A stretch of 64,000 nucleotides of DNA, from the NCBI GenBank assembly GCA_030532405.1, contig JAUNLF010000004.1, positions 62,342 to 126,341 of the forward strand, given 5' to 3'. Positions 25,293 to 34,903 of the stretch are shown here, piece after piece. How positions within the stretch are numbered: the first letter of the stretch is position 1; the number at the start of each line of letters is the position of its first letter. Position numbers and translations under genes: made by a program. The stretch is from Actinomycetaceae bacterium. Its GTDB lineage: Bacteria; Actinomycetota; Actinomycetes; Actinomycetales; Actinomycetaceae. Below the pieces are notes generated by a model. The model was given only the letters and a program-made list of their open reading frames with translations. It was not told the origin of the DNA and made no database searches.

Positions 25293-26710
25293 AGTTTGAA
25301 TACCTTTCGCGGCTGAGTGGTTACAAGATCGACGGCAACTTCCAAAGCTTCATCCATCTGCAGGCGGTGCTCCGCGACAAGCGATCCAAGGAACGCTGAA
25401 TCTACGCGGCGTGACACGTCGTGACGGGCCGGAATGGAACAGTACGCGCGAGTGTCATCAATGAACCCGCTCGTCTTGTAAAACCCTGCGTAACCCGTAA
25501 CCGCGCGCCGGTACCGCATGATCGCATCGGCTTCATCGATAAACCACCAGGGAGCGCCCACGTAAAGGCCACGATAGTAGCCTGCCAGCGGCGCTAGCTC
25601 GCGTGAATACGTGGTTTCGTCAATCGTGAAAACAACCAGTTGGAAGTTGTCGTGGTTGCCGTACTCCGCGAGGATTGGCTGCAACGCCCTCGAAAATTCA
25701 ACTGAATGAGGCACGTCGCCGCCCACATCCGCACCGTATTTCGCAAAAGCGTGCGGGTCGTGATTTCGAACCACCGCGGGATGCATTGTCATTACGAGGC
25801 CGTCTTCAACCGCTAGGCGCGCCTGGTCGTTTACCATGTGCCTGCGCAAAGCATCGCCCTCCGCAACAGAAATTTCCCCCTTGAGGGCGGACTTGTACAG
25901 GCGCTCCGCTTCAGTGTCGCTAAGGCGTTCGCAACGCGCGTCCGCGTGAGAGTGGTCTGTTGAAACCGCGCCGCGCTCCTTGAAGTAGAGGCGGCGAGTG
26001 CGCATGGCTTCTAAGTGCCCCTTGTAACTGGAGACATCAACGTCCGCCACTTCGCCTAACTTGTGTGTCAGGTCCACCCAGCCTTCACGGGCGGGCTCCA
26101 AGTACTTGTCGGGGCGGAACGTGGGCATGACGCGGCCGTCCCAGTCGGGATCATCCGCTAGCTGCTGGTGCTTCGCCAAGTCGTCGCAAGGGTCGTCCGT
26201 AGTCGCAAGGGCTTCGATGTTGAACCGCTTGTAAAGCGCTCGTGGACGATACTCCGGCTGTTCAATGCACACTTGAATTTGGTCGTAAATCTGGTCGGCG
26301 GTTTCCGCAGAAGGGCGGACTTTAACTCCGAACACGTCGTGGAACTCCGACTCGAACCAGAACTGCACGGGCGTTCCGCGCAGGTACTTCCAGTTCTCGC
26401 ACAGCAGTCGAAAAGCTGCCCTTGACTGCTCTTCGGAAATCTTAGAGCCCACCGGAACACCCAGATCAGCCAGTTCTACTCCCGCGGCTCCGTGCAACAT
26501 CCGGTTCGTGTAATGATCCGGGGTTAAAAGTAGCGATGTGGGGTCGGAAAATGGAATGTCGTCGGCTATCCACTCGACGGGCACATGCCCGTGCGGAGAG
26601 ATAATCGGCAGATCCTTCACGGCTTCGTAAAGCTCGCGGGTAATATCTCGAGTCTTCGGGTCGGCCGGAAATAGCCGATCGGGGTGCGGGTTCAAGGGCT
26701 TTGGAGACAT
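25289..26710 (-). CDS. uxaC: Glucuronate isomerase
   Basis: 473 aa. The N-terminus DRLFPADPKTRDITRELYEAVKDLPIISPHGH is the UxaC hallmark. Confidence 0.88.
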   Translation of the reverse strand: MSPKPLNPHPDRLFPADPKTRDITRELYEAVKDLPIISPHGHVPVEWIADDIPFSDPTSLLLTPDHYTNRMLHGAAGVELADLGVPVGSKISEEQSRAAFRLLCENWKYLRGTPVQFWFESEFHDVFGVKVRPSAETADQIYDQIQVCIEQPEYRPRALYKRFNIEALATTDDPCDDLAKHQQLADDPDWDGRVMPTFRPDKYLEPAREGWVDLTHKLGEVADVDVSSYKGHLEAMRTRRLYFKERGAVSTDHSHADARCERLSDTEAERLYKSALKGEISVAEGDALRRHMVNDQARLAVEDGLVMTMHPAVVRNHDPHAFAKYGADVGGDVPHSVEFSRALQPILAEYGNHDNFQLVVFTIDETTYSRELAPLAGYYRGLYVGAPWWFIDEADAIMRYRRAVTGYAGFYKTSGFIDDTRAYCSIPARHDVSRRVDSAFLGSLVAEHRLQMDEALEVAVDLVTTQPRKVFKL

Positions 26711-26741
26711 AAATTACTCGCTTTCGACAATGAAATCGGGG

Positions 26742-27767
26742 TCAGAACTTAGGGTGTGCGGGTCCAACGCTCTCTCGAAGTACGAGTTTCATTGGAACCA
26801 CTTGCGTTTCAGCCACAGGCGTACTCCTGTGACGCAGTTGCGATATAAGGGTTCTCGCTGCGCGGGCACCTATCTTTGCTGAAGGTGGACCAATCGACGA
26901 CAGCGATGGTGTTGTGAAAAAGGAGGCTACCGAGTTATCAAATCCGATCACTGAAACTGCTTCAGGAACCTCAAAACCACGCGTTTGCACGGCCTTAATA
27001 AACCCGATAGCAATCACGTCGTTGTAGCAAACCACAGCCGACGTTGGGCTTTGCAGCCATGCTTTCGCGCCTCTAACACCGCCTTCCAGCGTGGGACTGT
27101 TAGGTCCCACCCTGCGCAGGTGCAGACCAAACTGTTCGCAAGATTTAGCTAGCGCCCTCCATCGCATGCCGTCCGCCCACGACGCTGCGGGGCCGGACAG
27201 GTACGTTACGCGTTGGTGGCCCAGGTCGCGTAAGTGTTCAACGGCTTCGTGAACCGCCTGGTCGGTGTCTGGAACAATGGAGGGGATACCGACGGCGTGA
27301 CGATTTACCGCCACTACCGGTTTAACCTTCTTGATTTGGTTGATGGACGAGTCGCTCATCCTCGATGACGTCAAAACGATTCCGTCAACCAGGTGGAGGA
27401 CTCGCTCGATAGCGCTGCGTTCCTGCTGGTCGTCCTCTTGCGAATCGATAAGCAGTACGGTGTAGCCGTTCTTGGTTGCTTCGATTTGAAAGCCGCGCAT
27501 TGTTTGAGCGAACACGGGGTTTGAAATGTCGGCCACTACGAACGCTAATACGTTAGTGTCTTCCCCCAGGTCCGCACTGGTCACAGGTTTAGTGCGGTAC
27601 CCGAGTTCGGCCGCAATCTCTCGGATTCGCTGCCCGGTTTGCGCGTTGACGCGTCCGGGTCTTGAAAACGCTCGAGAAACCGTGGAGGGAGCTACGCCCG
27701 CAACCTTCGCAACATCGTAAATGGTGATGCGTTTGGGTTGCTTTGGATTTTCTTCAGCAGAAGTCAC
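26742..27767 (-). CDS. LacI family transcriptional regulator
   Basis: HTH ITIYDVAKVAGVAPSTVSRAFS followed by a periplasmic-binding-protein-like core. Its GTG start overlaps the larC stop (GTGA). Confidence 0.85.
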   Translation of the reverse strand: MTSAEENPKQPKRITIYDVAKVAGVAPSTVSRAFSRPGRVNAQTGQRIREIAAELGYRTKPVTSADLGEDTNVLAFVVADISNPVFAQTMRGFQIEATKNGYTVLLIDSQEDDQQERSAIERVLHLVDGIVLTSSRMSDSSINQIKKVKPVVAVNRHAVGIPSIVPDTDQAVHEAVEHLRDLGHQRVTYLSGPAASWADGMRWRALAKSCEQFGLHLRRVGPNSPTLEGGVRGAKAWLQSPTSAVVCYNDVIAIGFIKAVQTRGFEVPEAVSVIGFDNSVASFFTTPSLSSIGPPSAKIGARAARTLISQLRHRSTPVAETQVVPMKLVLRESVGPAHPKF

Positions 27768-29239
27768 GGTCGCTCACCTTCGCCCCCATGTCCAGGCCAG
27801 TTCGCACCCGAATACAGGCCACTTTCCGCGGCTGCGCACTGGGCGCGTGCCAGCGCAACGCGCTGTGGAACTGCGAGTACTTCAGCGAGCTTTTCGACGT
27901 CCACAAACTCTGCGGTTGCCTGCAGAATCTGGGTTTGCTCCCGGTTTGCTGAAATCTTTATGCGCACCGGATGGCCTTCTACCTGAACTGTTTGCCATTC
28001 GCGTTTGAGGACGCGGCGGTGTGCAGGTGCGGAAACTCTGGCTCCGATCGTCGACGTGTGATTCAAAAGCGCGTCAATCACCGCGTTTACGCTGTCTGCC
28101 TTGGCAAGGGCGCTGCACACGTGTGCGGGTCGCCCTTTTTTCATGATGACGGGAGTTAGCCACGCATCGAGGGCGCCGGCCTCCATCAGCTGGTCGATCA
28201 CCGCCGGCCACACTCGCGGGTCCAGGTCGTCAACATTGGCGTCAACTTGGACAACCGTGTCGGAACCGGTGAACTGCGGCTCGGTGGGCTGCGTAGCACC
28301 CGTATCCGGTGAGGCGGGGCTTCCCACTACTGCGCGGAGGATCCCTGCCCTGTCTTGTCGCACTCGACTTCCCGCTCCGAAACCGACAGTGTCCAGCTTC
28401 ATCGCTGGCATTGATCCGACTTTTGAACAGATCGCACGAATCAGGGTCATGCCGGTGGGGGTGCAAAGTTCTCCCACATCCTGTGGCCCACCCGCTTCGA
28501 TTTCCCACCCGCGCGAAAGCTCAACCACGGCGGGAGGGGGCACCGTTAAAGTGCCGTGCATAGTTTGGATCGTCCCGGCACCCACTGCGACCTTTGAGGA
28601 TGTCGCTTCACCGACCCGCAGCGTGCGAATCGCCTCGCAAACGCCAACAATGTCGCCAATAGAATCTAAAGCGCCTACTTCGTGGAAGTGGACAGATTCA
28701 ACACTTGCCCCGTGAACCTTAGCTTCTGCAACGGCGAGACGAGTAAACGCTTCAACCGCTAGTTCCCGCGTGAAACCAGGAACGTCCTCGTGGTCGAGCA
28801 TTGCTTTAATGTCGGAAAGGTGACGGGCCGGCGGATTAGGTTCGTCAGCAATTACGTCAATTTTGAGGGCGGAGAAGGCTCCGCGTTGGACTCGGCGTTG
28901 CTGCAAGTGAAGCTTGCCGGGGGCAATGATCTGCAGGACTCGTGCAACCGACCGGGCATCGGCGCCGGCATCGATGAGGGCGGCCAGGAGCATGTCGCCC
29001 GAAGCCCCCTCGGTGGCATCAATCCACAGTATGTTCTGGCTTTGTCCTTCGGGGGCTTGCCACAGATCGCCCGGCTCTATCGGCTCACCGGCCGGAACCT
29101 CATCCCCGTCCGCAGTGTGCACGTGCGGGTGGTGGTGGGTGTGCCCGTGCTCGTGCTTGCCGTGGCCGTGGGCATGTGGGTGCGCATGGTCGCCGTGGCT
29201 GTGGTGGTGCCCGGAAGGGCCGGTGGGAATATCATGCAT
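27764..29239 (-). CDS. larC: Nickel insertion protein LarC (single unsplit ORF) with His-rich N-terminus
   Basis: DUF111-type motif ILWIDATEGASGDMLLAALIDAG. The N-terminal tract is GHHHSHGDHAHPHAHGHGKHEHGHTHHHPHVH. I prefer the start at MHDIPTG (29239), which overlaps the larB stop by 8 nt. The track start at 29347 lies inside larB. Confidence 0.8.
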   Translation of the reverse strand: MHDIPTGPSGHHHSHGDHAHPHAHGHGKHEHGHTHHHPHVHTADGDEVPAGEPIEPGDLWQAPEGQSQNILWIDATEGASGDMLLAALIDAGADARSVARVLQIIAPGKLHLQQRRVQRGAFSALKIDVIADEPNPPARHLSDIKAMLDHEDVPGFTRELAVEAFTRLAVAEAKVHGASVESVHFHEVGALDSIGDIVGVCEAIRTLRVGEATSSKVAVGAGTIQTMHGTLTVPPPAVVELSRGWEIEAGGPQDVGELCTPTGMTLIRAICSKVGSMPAMKLDTVGFGAGSRVRQDRAGILRAVVGSPASPDTGATQPTEPQFTGSDTVVQVDANVDDLDPRVWPAVIDQLMEAGALDAWLTPVIMKKGRPAHVCSALAKADSVNAVIDALLNHTSTIGARVSAPAHRRVLKREWQTVQVEGHPVRIKISANREQTQILQATAEFVDVEKLAEVLAVPQRVALARAQCAAAESGLYSGANWPGHGGEGERP

Positions 29240-29948
29240 GGTCGTCCTCCTCGACGATGTCATTGCGAGTCGTGCGCGATCCGGTGGCGGCGATCTGGGC
29301 GGCCAAATGTCCAGCGCCGTAACCGTTGTCAATGTTGACAACTCCAACTCCGGGTGCGCATGCGTTTAACATTCCAAGTAGCGCGGCAACGCCACCAAAA
29401 GCGGCTCCATAACCAACTGAAGTTGGCACGGCGACGACGGGGCACGCAACTAATCCCGCAACGACCGATGCCAGTGCGCCTTCCATGCCCGCAACAACGA
29501 CGATCACGTCAGCTGACTCCAGCACATCTCGCCGCGACAGGATTCGATCCAATCCGGCCACGCCAACATCGACCAGTTCAACAACTTCGCGGCCCAAATA
29601 GCGTGCGGTCAAAGCGGCCTCCCGCGCGATCGGAACATCAGAAGTTCCCGCGCACGCGACGACTACGCGTCCTCCGCTAGGCTGGGGTGGTTGCGCTGGC
29701 CAGGCCAACAAGCGCGCGGTTTCGTCATACAGCGCGTCTGGCAGGACATCCAAAACGGCACGCGCATGCTCCGCGTTAGCCCGCGTAAAAAGTGCGCATC
29801 CAAGCTCGCCCTCACCGGCGTTAAAACGCTGCTTCCAAAGGCGCGCAATGTCGCGAACTTGCGATGCAGATTTGCCTTCGCAATAGATTGCCTCGGGGTA
29901 GCCGCGTCGCGCGAAACGCCCAAAGTCCAGGTTCGCGTCACTCATCAT
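29232..29948 (-). CDS. larB: Nickel pincer cofactor biosynthesis protein LarB (PurE-like carboxylase/hydrolase)
   Basis: The PurE-like core has VVVACAGTSDVPIAREA and VVVAGMEGALASVVAG. It lies between larE and larC. Confidence 0.8.
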   Translation of the reverse strand: MMSDANLDFGRFARRGYPEAIYCEGKSASQVRDIARLWKQRFNAGEGELGCALFTRANAEHARAVLDVLPDALYDETARLLAWPAQPPQPSGGRVVVACAGTSDVPIAREAALTARYLGREVVELVDVGVAGLDRILSRRDVLESADVIVVVAGMEGALASVVAGLVACPVVAVPTSVGYGAAFGGVAALLGMLNACAPGVGVVNIDNGYGAGHLAAQIAATGSRTTRNDIVEEDDHA

Positions 29949-30906
29949 GACCTCGCGTCGTTTTACCCGCGTTCAAAATCGACAAAGTGAACGCGCCGGA
30001 CCTAATCCCTTCCAGGTCAAGCGTCACGTGCTTGAATCCCGCGGCCTTAATTTCGTTCACGAGGGCGGACTTGCGATGCTGATCCAAAAGCAGGTCAAAC
30101 TCTTCGGTGGGAACCTCGACTCGGGCGAGGTCCCCGTGATGTCGAACCCTGCAGTCGCTAAAGCCCGCGCGCAGCACGGCGTCTTCCGCGAGGTCAATCA
30201 TCTTGAGCTTCTGTGCCGTCACCGCCTGGCCGTGCGGAATACGACTAGCCAGGCACGGAGCGGCCGGCTTATCCGCGCTTATCAGGCCAAAAGCCCGCGC
30301 AATGCTACGCACGTCCGCCTTAGTAGCCGACGCAGTCGCAAGCGGATAGAGCACACCGTGCTCACGCGCCGCCCTCCCGCCCGGCCTATCAATACGGGCG
30401 GCGTCATCGAGGTTCTCACCGTAAACCACAGGGCCAACACGGTGAGCATCCAGCACGCCCTCATCGAAACGGTTATAAAGTTCGTCTTTGCAAAAATAGC
30501 AACGATTCACGGGATTGCTAGCGTAGTTCGGATTCTCAAGCTCGCGGGTAACGACCTCGACAACTGCAAGGTCAAGCTGCTTCGCCTGGCGCAGTGCGAA
30601 CGATTTTTCGCGGCGAGCAAGGGACGCGGAATCGCCCAGTAGTAAGACGGTGCGCTCACGGCCTACGGCTCGCGCCACCAGGGTTGCAAGGACGGAAGAG
30701 TCCACGCCTCCCGAATATGAAACCCCTACTCTAAGATCCGTCGCGGCGTTTTCCGACTCGTCGAGTGCCGTCGTAATCTGGGCTGCAACCGCGTCTGCAA
30801 TCTTAGAAAGCTGCGCGGGCAAGTCTTGAAGCAGGTCGACCGCAGGAGCGTGAGTTAACGCGCTACTTAGGAGCATAAAATCACGCCTTGGTTCGGTCGA
30901 CGGCAA
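29938..30906 (-). CDS. larE: ATP-dependent sacrificial sulfur transferase LarE (PP-loop ATPase)
   Basis: PP-loop VSYSGGVDSSVLA and a conserved Cys in AAPCLASRIP. The start is either 30906 (overlapping larA) or the ATG at 30876, which lies 4 nt after the larA stop and is preceded by AAGG. Confidence 0.8.
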   Translation of the reverse strand: MPSTEPRRDFMLLSSALTHAPAVDLLQDLPAQLSKIADAVAAQITTALDESENAATDLRVGVSYSGGVDSSVLATLVARAVGRERTVLLLGDSASLARREKSFALRQAKQLDLAVVEVVTRELENPNYASNPVNRCYFCKDELYNRFDEGVLDAHRVGPVVYGENLDDAARIDRPGGRAAREHGVLYPLATASATKADVRSIARAFGLISADKPAAPCLASRIPHGQAVTAQKLKMIDLAEDAVLRAGFSDCRVRHHGDLARVEVPTEEFDLLLDQHRKSALVNEIKAAGFKHVTLDLEGIRSGAFTLSILNAGKTTRGHDE

Positions 30907-32182
30907 GCCGGTGTAGTAGTTCGCCAGCTTGGGGGACGATCAGCGTGTCCGGATCGTTTTGGAGCTGATCAAAATCCACATCCGCCGGATCCATATAAAC
31001 AAGGTTCACCGCTTCGACTTGTTCGCGTGGGATGGAGGTAGCCAAAATCACCTTGACCCGGTTTGATTCGACGCCCTCCTGCTCGTCGTACTCACCCATT
31101 CCGCGCAGGTGCGTAGAGTGGGCGAGTTCGCCCCACGGATGGTCCTTGAACTTGTCCCACTGTTTAACGAAGTAGTCGCGGCTGTGGTAGCCGATCTTCA
31201 TGAGACCGGGGTGCATGTGCGACACTTCGGTAATGTGCGGGGCGTACAGGATCAACTCGCCACCGTCTGCAACGACGGGTTCGAGTTTGTAAAAGCCTTT
31301 TGCCGCAGTCCAGATGTCTTCATACATTGTGGGCATGATCGAGACAACGCGCTTGTACGCCTTGTCAACGTACTTAACGTGAACGTCTGCCGACACGTTA
31401 GCGCACGCTTCCCACGACGATTTGGAGTCGCCAAACGACACGAACTGAAGGTCTAAACTGCCGGGTTTCACAATCATTCCGAGCAGCAGTTTTTGCGATG
31501 GTACCAGGTCTGCAGCCGCGTCAATCATCTGGCGAACCGGCGTGATGCCGCGCGCGCCAATCATTTCGTAACTGGTGATCAATGCGCCCACCCAGTGCGA
31601 CATGTCGATCACGTCATGACCGGACAGGCCCGGAAATAGGTACTTGTTGCCACCGGAAATGCCGACCACTTCGTGGGGGAGTACCGGCCCTAAAATCAGC
31701 GTGATGTCCGTGTCCACCACCATTTTGTTAACGAGGACGGTCATCGCCCGGTCCGTCAGGCGTCCGCCCGACAGTTCACTAATCCGTTCTTTCGGAATCG
31801 TGCCCAGGTTGGCGAAAGTTTCCTCTTCACGCCACGCGTGGTTGTAAATTTTCCAGCCGGGGTATTCGGATTCAAACTCGCCGGGCTTATTTCCCATGAG
31901 TTTTCCGATTGCTTCATCGGACATGTCATCGTGCGTGCCAAGCGCGATCACAACCCGCACGTCGCGCGGCCTGTCGCCCAGCGCCTCATAAACGTAGTGC
32001 GCCATCTTGTCTACGGGAGCGTGCCTTGTCCCATCGGGAACTACAAGAGTTACGCGTTTGCCGTCAAAATCGAAATTTCCTAATTGTTCGAGGACGAACG
32101 CGCGAATCTGTTCATCGGTCAGCACAACGTCCGCGCCGCCGACACTGGCGGCTTCCGGAAGCCCTGGATATAGATCAGTCAT
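30881..32182 (-). CDS. LarA-family nickel-pincer-dependent 2-hydroxyacid racemase/epimerase (substrate unknown)
   Basis: LVVPDGTRHAP and PHEVVGISGGNKYLFPG...SHW fit the LarA H...GxSGGxK...H pattern for the catalytic His, the NPN-tethering Lys and the Ni-binding His (pattern from memory). I prefer the start MTDLYPG at 32182, because an 11-bp GC hairpin (32243-32270) would otherwise lie inside the track ORF (start 32293). Confidence 0.75.
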   Translation of the reverse strand: MTDLYPGLPEAASVGGADVVLTDEQIRAFVLEQLGNFDFDGKRVTLVVPDGTRHAPVDKMAHYVYEALGDRPRDVRVVIALGTHDDMSDEAIGKLMGNKPGEFESEYPGWKIYNHAWREEETFANLGTIPKERISELSGGRLTDRAMTVLVNKMVVDTDITLILGPVLPHEVVGISGGNKYLFPGLSGHDVIDMSHWVGALITSYEMIGARGITPVRQMIDAAADLVPSQKLLLGMIVKPGSLDLQFVSFGDSKSSWEACANVSADVHVKYVDKAYKRVVSIMPTMYEDIWTAAKGFYKLEPVVADGGELILYAPHITEVSHMHPGLMKIGYHSRDYFVKQWDKFKDHPWGELAHSTHLRGMGEYDEQEGVESNRVKVILATSIPREQVEAVNLVYMDPADVDFDQLQNDPDTLIVPQAGELLHRLAVDRTKA

Positions 32183-32242
32183 ATCTTTACTGTGACCCCA
32201 ATCTCTGGTTACTGCAACAAGTTGCCACTTTTTACCGTAAGA

Positions 32243-32270
32243 GGGCCGAGCAGATTTTTCTGCTCGGCCC
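32243..32270 (-). terminator. Stem-loop between the PfkB kinase and the larA-like gene (possible internal terminator/attenuator)
   Basis: GGGCCGAGCAG / CTGCTCGGCCC form an 11-bp perfect stem with a 6-nt AT loop. There is no clear U-tract on the minus strand. Confidence 0.35.
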
Positions 32271-32370
32271 AATTCCTGATGTTTTGCAAGCACGCCCTCG
32301 AAAATCGGAATCTACGCGGGCGACCGCATTTTAAGTTGAAGGATTTACCAAAAGGGATGAAGCGGCTACC

Positions 32371-33444
32371 TCAGCGTTGGACGCGGGCGTTGCCCTCCCA
32401 GATTGACCAAACCTGCGCTTCGTCGGCGGGCGAACCGTAATCGTTAACCGACGTTGCTGCCAGTGCGCCGGTTGCCCAACCAAACTGCATGCACTTCTCG
32501 GCCGGCCAGCCCTTCAGGATGCCGTAAAGCACGCCACCAATCGAACCGTCGCCACCGCCGATACGATCAATCACCTGAATATCGCGCAGGCTTCCGACGT
32601 AGAAGTCGTCATCGCCCCACAGGATCATGCCCCACTTGTGGTGGTTGGCATTAACAACTTCACGCAGCGACGTTCCAATGTACTGGGCCTTCGGATAAGC
32701 CTCCCGGATTCGGCCAATCATTTCCTTAAAAGCACCGATTTCCGCGTCGATATCTTCGCCCCCGGCCTCCGGCCCTTTAATGCCAAGGCAGAGCTGGAAG
32801 TCCTCTTCGTTGCCGTACAAAATGTCGCAGTGCGTGGCAATGTCGTGGAAAGCTTCGGACAGCTCGTCCTCGCGGCCCTTCCAAAACGATGCACGGTAGT
32901 TCAAATCGAACGAAACCATCGTGCCGTTTTCCTTAGCAACGCGGGCGATCTGAACGCAGAACTTAGATGTTTGCGGAGACAGTGCCGCAACGAGTCCGGA
33001 CAGGTGGAGGATCTTCACGCCCTCGTCCTTGAACAGCTTGTCCAAGTCGAAGTCGTCCACGTCTAGCGTCAAACCGACTTCCCCGGCGCGGTCGTTCCAC
33101 ACGCGCGGTGCGCGACCTCCGAACCCAGAATCTGCAATGTTGAACTGGTGGCGGAATCCCCACGCGTCACCCTGCGGTTTGTCCGGGCCTTCAAACGCCA
33201 TCCCGCGGGCACGCAAGTCAGCCTTAATGAAAGCCGAAATGGGTGATCCTTCAACAAAGTTTGTGAGAACCTTCGTCGGCATTCCCAAGTGGGACGCAAC
33301 CGACGCTACGTTAGTTTCAGCCGAGGTGGCCTGCATGTAGTAGCGGTTCGAGGTGTGTACGGGCTGGCGGTTTTCTGGCGTAATGCGCACGCCGATCGAA
33401 GTGGGAACAACCATTGCCCACTTTGCGTCTTCACGTAGCTGCAT
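32371..33444 (-). CDS. PfkB family sugar(-acid) kinase, KdgK-like
   Basis: PfkB signature DRIGGGDGSIGG near the C-terminus, within a ribokinase-like layout. The start MQLRED at 33444 lies 4 nt after the gnd stop. The track start at 33537 overlaps gnd. Confidence 0.75.
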   Translation of the reverse strand: MQLREDAKWAMVVPTSIGVRITPENRQPVHTSNRYYMQATSAETNVASVASHLGMPTKVLTNFVEGSPISAFIKADLRARGMAFEGPDKPQGDAWGFRHQFNIADSGFGGRAPRVWNDRAGEVGLTLDVDDFDLDKLFKDEGVKILHLSGLVAALSPQTSKFCVQIARVAKENGTMVSFDLNYRASFWKGREDELSEAFHDIATHCDILYGNEEDFQLCLGIKGPEAGGEDIDAEIGAFKEMIGRIREAYPKAQYIGTSLREVVNANHHKWGMILWGDDDFYVGSLRDIQVIDRIGGGDGSIGGVLYGILKGWPAEKCMQFGWATGALAATSVNDYGSPADEAQVWSIWEGNARVQR

Positions 33445-33448
33445 TTTC

Positions 33449-34903
33449 TTAGGCCTCAACTTCCGGGCGGCCCTCTTGCGCCCACATAGTGTGGAAGGTG
33501 CCGTCCTTGTCGATCCGCTTGTAGGTGTGTGCGCCAAAGAAGTCGCGCTGGCCCTGAATCAGGGCGGCCGGCAGGCGCTCTGCGCGAACCCCGTCGTAGT
33601 AGGCCAGTGAGGACGAGAACACGGGGGTTGCAACCCCGTGCAACGCCGCCATCGACACCAGGCGACGCCAGTGCGGCAGTGCGCCAACGATCTTGTCGTA
33701 GAAGAAGTCATCCGCAATGAGCAGCGGCAGCTCGGCGTTCTTCTCGTAAGCCTTGGTGATGTCGTTTAGGAAGCGCGCGCGAATAATGCAGCCGCCCCTC
33801 CAAATCCGCGCCATGTCACCCAGCTTGATGTCCCAGTTGTATTCTTCGGCGGCAGCTTGAATCTCGTTGAAGCCCTGCGAGTATGCCACAATCTTCGACG
33901 CGTAAAGGGCCTGGCGGACGTCCTCGATGAACCCTTCACGATCCTCGATGTTCCAGTCCTCGGCCTTACCTTCAAAACCGCGAGCGGCTTCGCGCTGCTT
34001 CGGGGAGGACGACAGGCCGCGAGCAAACGTTGCCTCACCAATGCCGGTCACCGGCACGCCTAGCGACAGTGCGGTCTGAGTGGTCCAAGCGCCCGTGCCC
34101 TTCTGGCCCGCGGCGTCCACGATTAGGTCAACCAGCGGTTTACCCGTCTTGGCATCAACCTGGCGCAAAACTTCAACCGAAATCTCCATGAGGTACGAGT
34201 CCAGTTCGCCCTCGTTCCAACGTGCGAAAATGTCCGCAATCTCGGTGGGCTTCAAGCCCAGAGCCCGGCGCAGCAGGTCGTAGGCTTCGCCGATAACCTG
34301 CATGTCCGCGTACTCGATGCCGTTGTGGACCATCTTCACAAAGTGGCCCGCGCCGTCCTCACCAACGTGCGTGCAGCACGGCTCGCCGTCCACCTTCGCG
34401 GAAATCTTCTCTAGCATCGGGCCCAGACGGTCGTAGGATTCTTTAGATCCGCCCGGCATGATCGACGGGCCCCACAGGGCGCCCTCTTCACCACCGGAAA
34501 CGCCGCAGCCAACGAAGTGCAACCCGCGTTCGCTCATTTCGCGTTCGCGGCGAATCGTGTCGGTAAACAGCGAGTTGCCAGCGTCGACGATGATGTCGCC
34601 TTCGTCCATGCGTTCGGCGAGTTGTTCAATAACCGCGTCGGTTGCCGCACCGGCTTTCACCATGATGATCGCGCAACGTGGCGGCGTCAGCGCGGCCACG
34701 AAGTCGTCGATTGATTCTGCCGCGATGAACTGTGCTTCTTCGCCGTACTTGTCCATTACGGCTTCAGTCTTTGCGGAGGTCCGGTTGTGGATTGCCACAC
34801 GGTAACCGTTTCGCGCGAAGTTTCGGGCCAGATTACTGCCCATCACGCCCATGCCGGTTACGCCAATATCTGCAGATGCAGCCGCCGGGGTCTCGAGGGT
34901 CAT
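33449..34903 (-). CDS. gnd: 6-phosphogluconate dehydrogenase, decarboxylating
   Basis: IGVTGMGVMGSNLARNF Rossmann motif, GEDGAGHFVKMVHNGIEYADMQ, and a length of 484 aa. Confidence 0.9.
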   Translation of the reverse strand: MTLETPAAASADIGVTGMGVMGSNLARNFARNGYRVAIHNRTSAKTEAVMDKYGEEAQFIAAESIDDFVAALTPPRCAIIMVKAGAATDAVIEQLAERMDEGDIIVDAGNSLFTDTIRREREMSERGLHFVGCGVSGGEEGALWGPSIMPGGSKESYDRLGPMLEKISAKVDGEPCCTHVGEDGAGHFVKMVHNGIEYADMQVIGEAYDLLRRALGLKPTEIADIFARWNEGELDSYLMEISVEVLRQVDAKTGKPLVDLIVDAAGQKGTGAWTTQTALSLGVPVTGIGEATFARGLSSSPKQREAARGFEGKAEDWNIEDREGFIEDVRQALYASKIVAYSQGFNEIQAAAEEYNWDIKLGDMARIWRGGCIIRARFLNDITKAYEKNAELPLLIADDFFYDKIVGALPHWRRLVSMAALHGVATPVFSSSLAYYDGVRAERLPAALIQGQRDFFGAHTYKRIDKDGTFHTMWAQEGRPEVEA

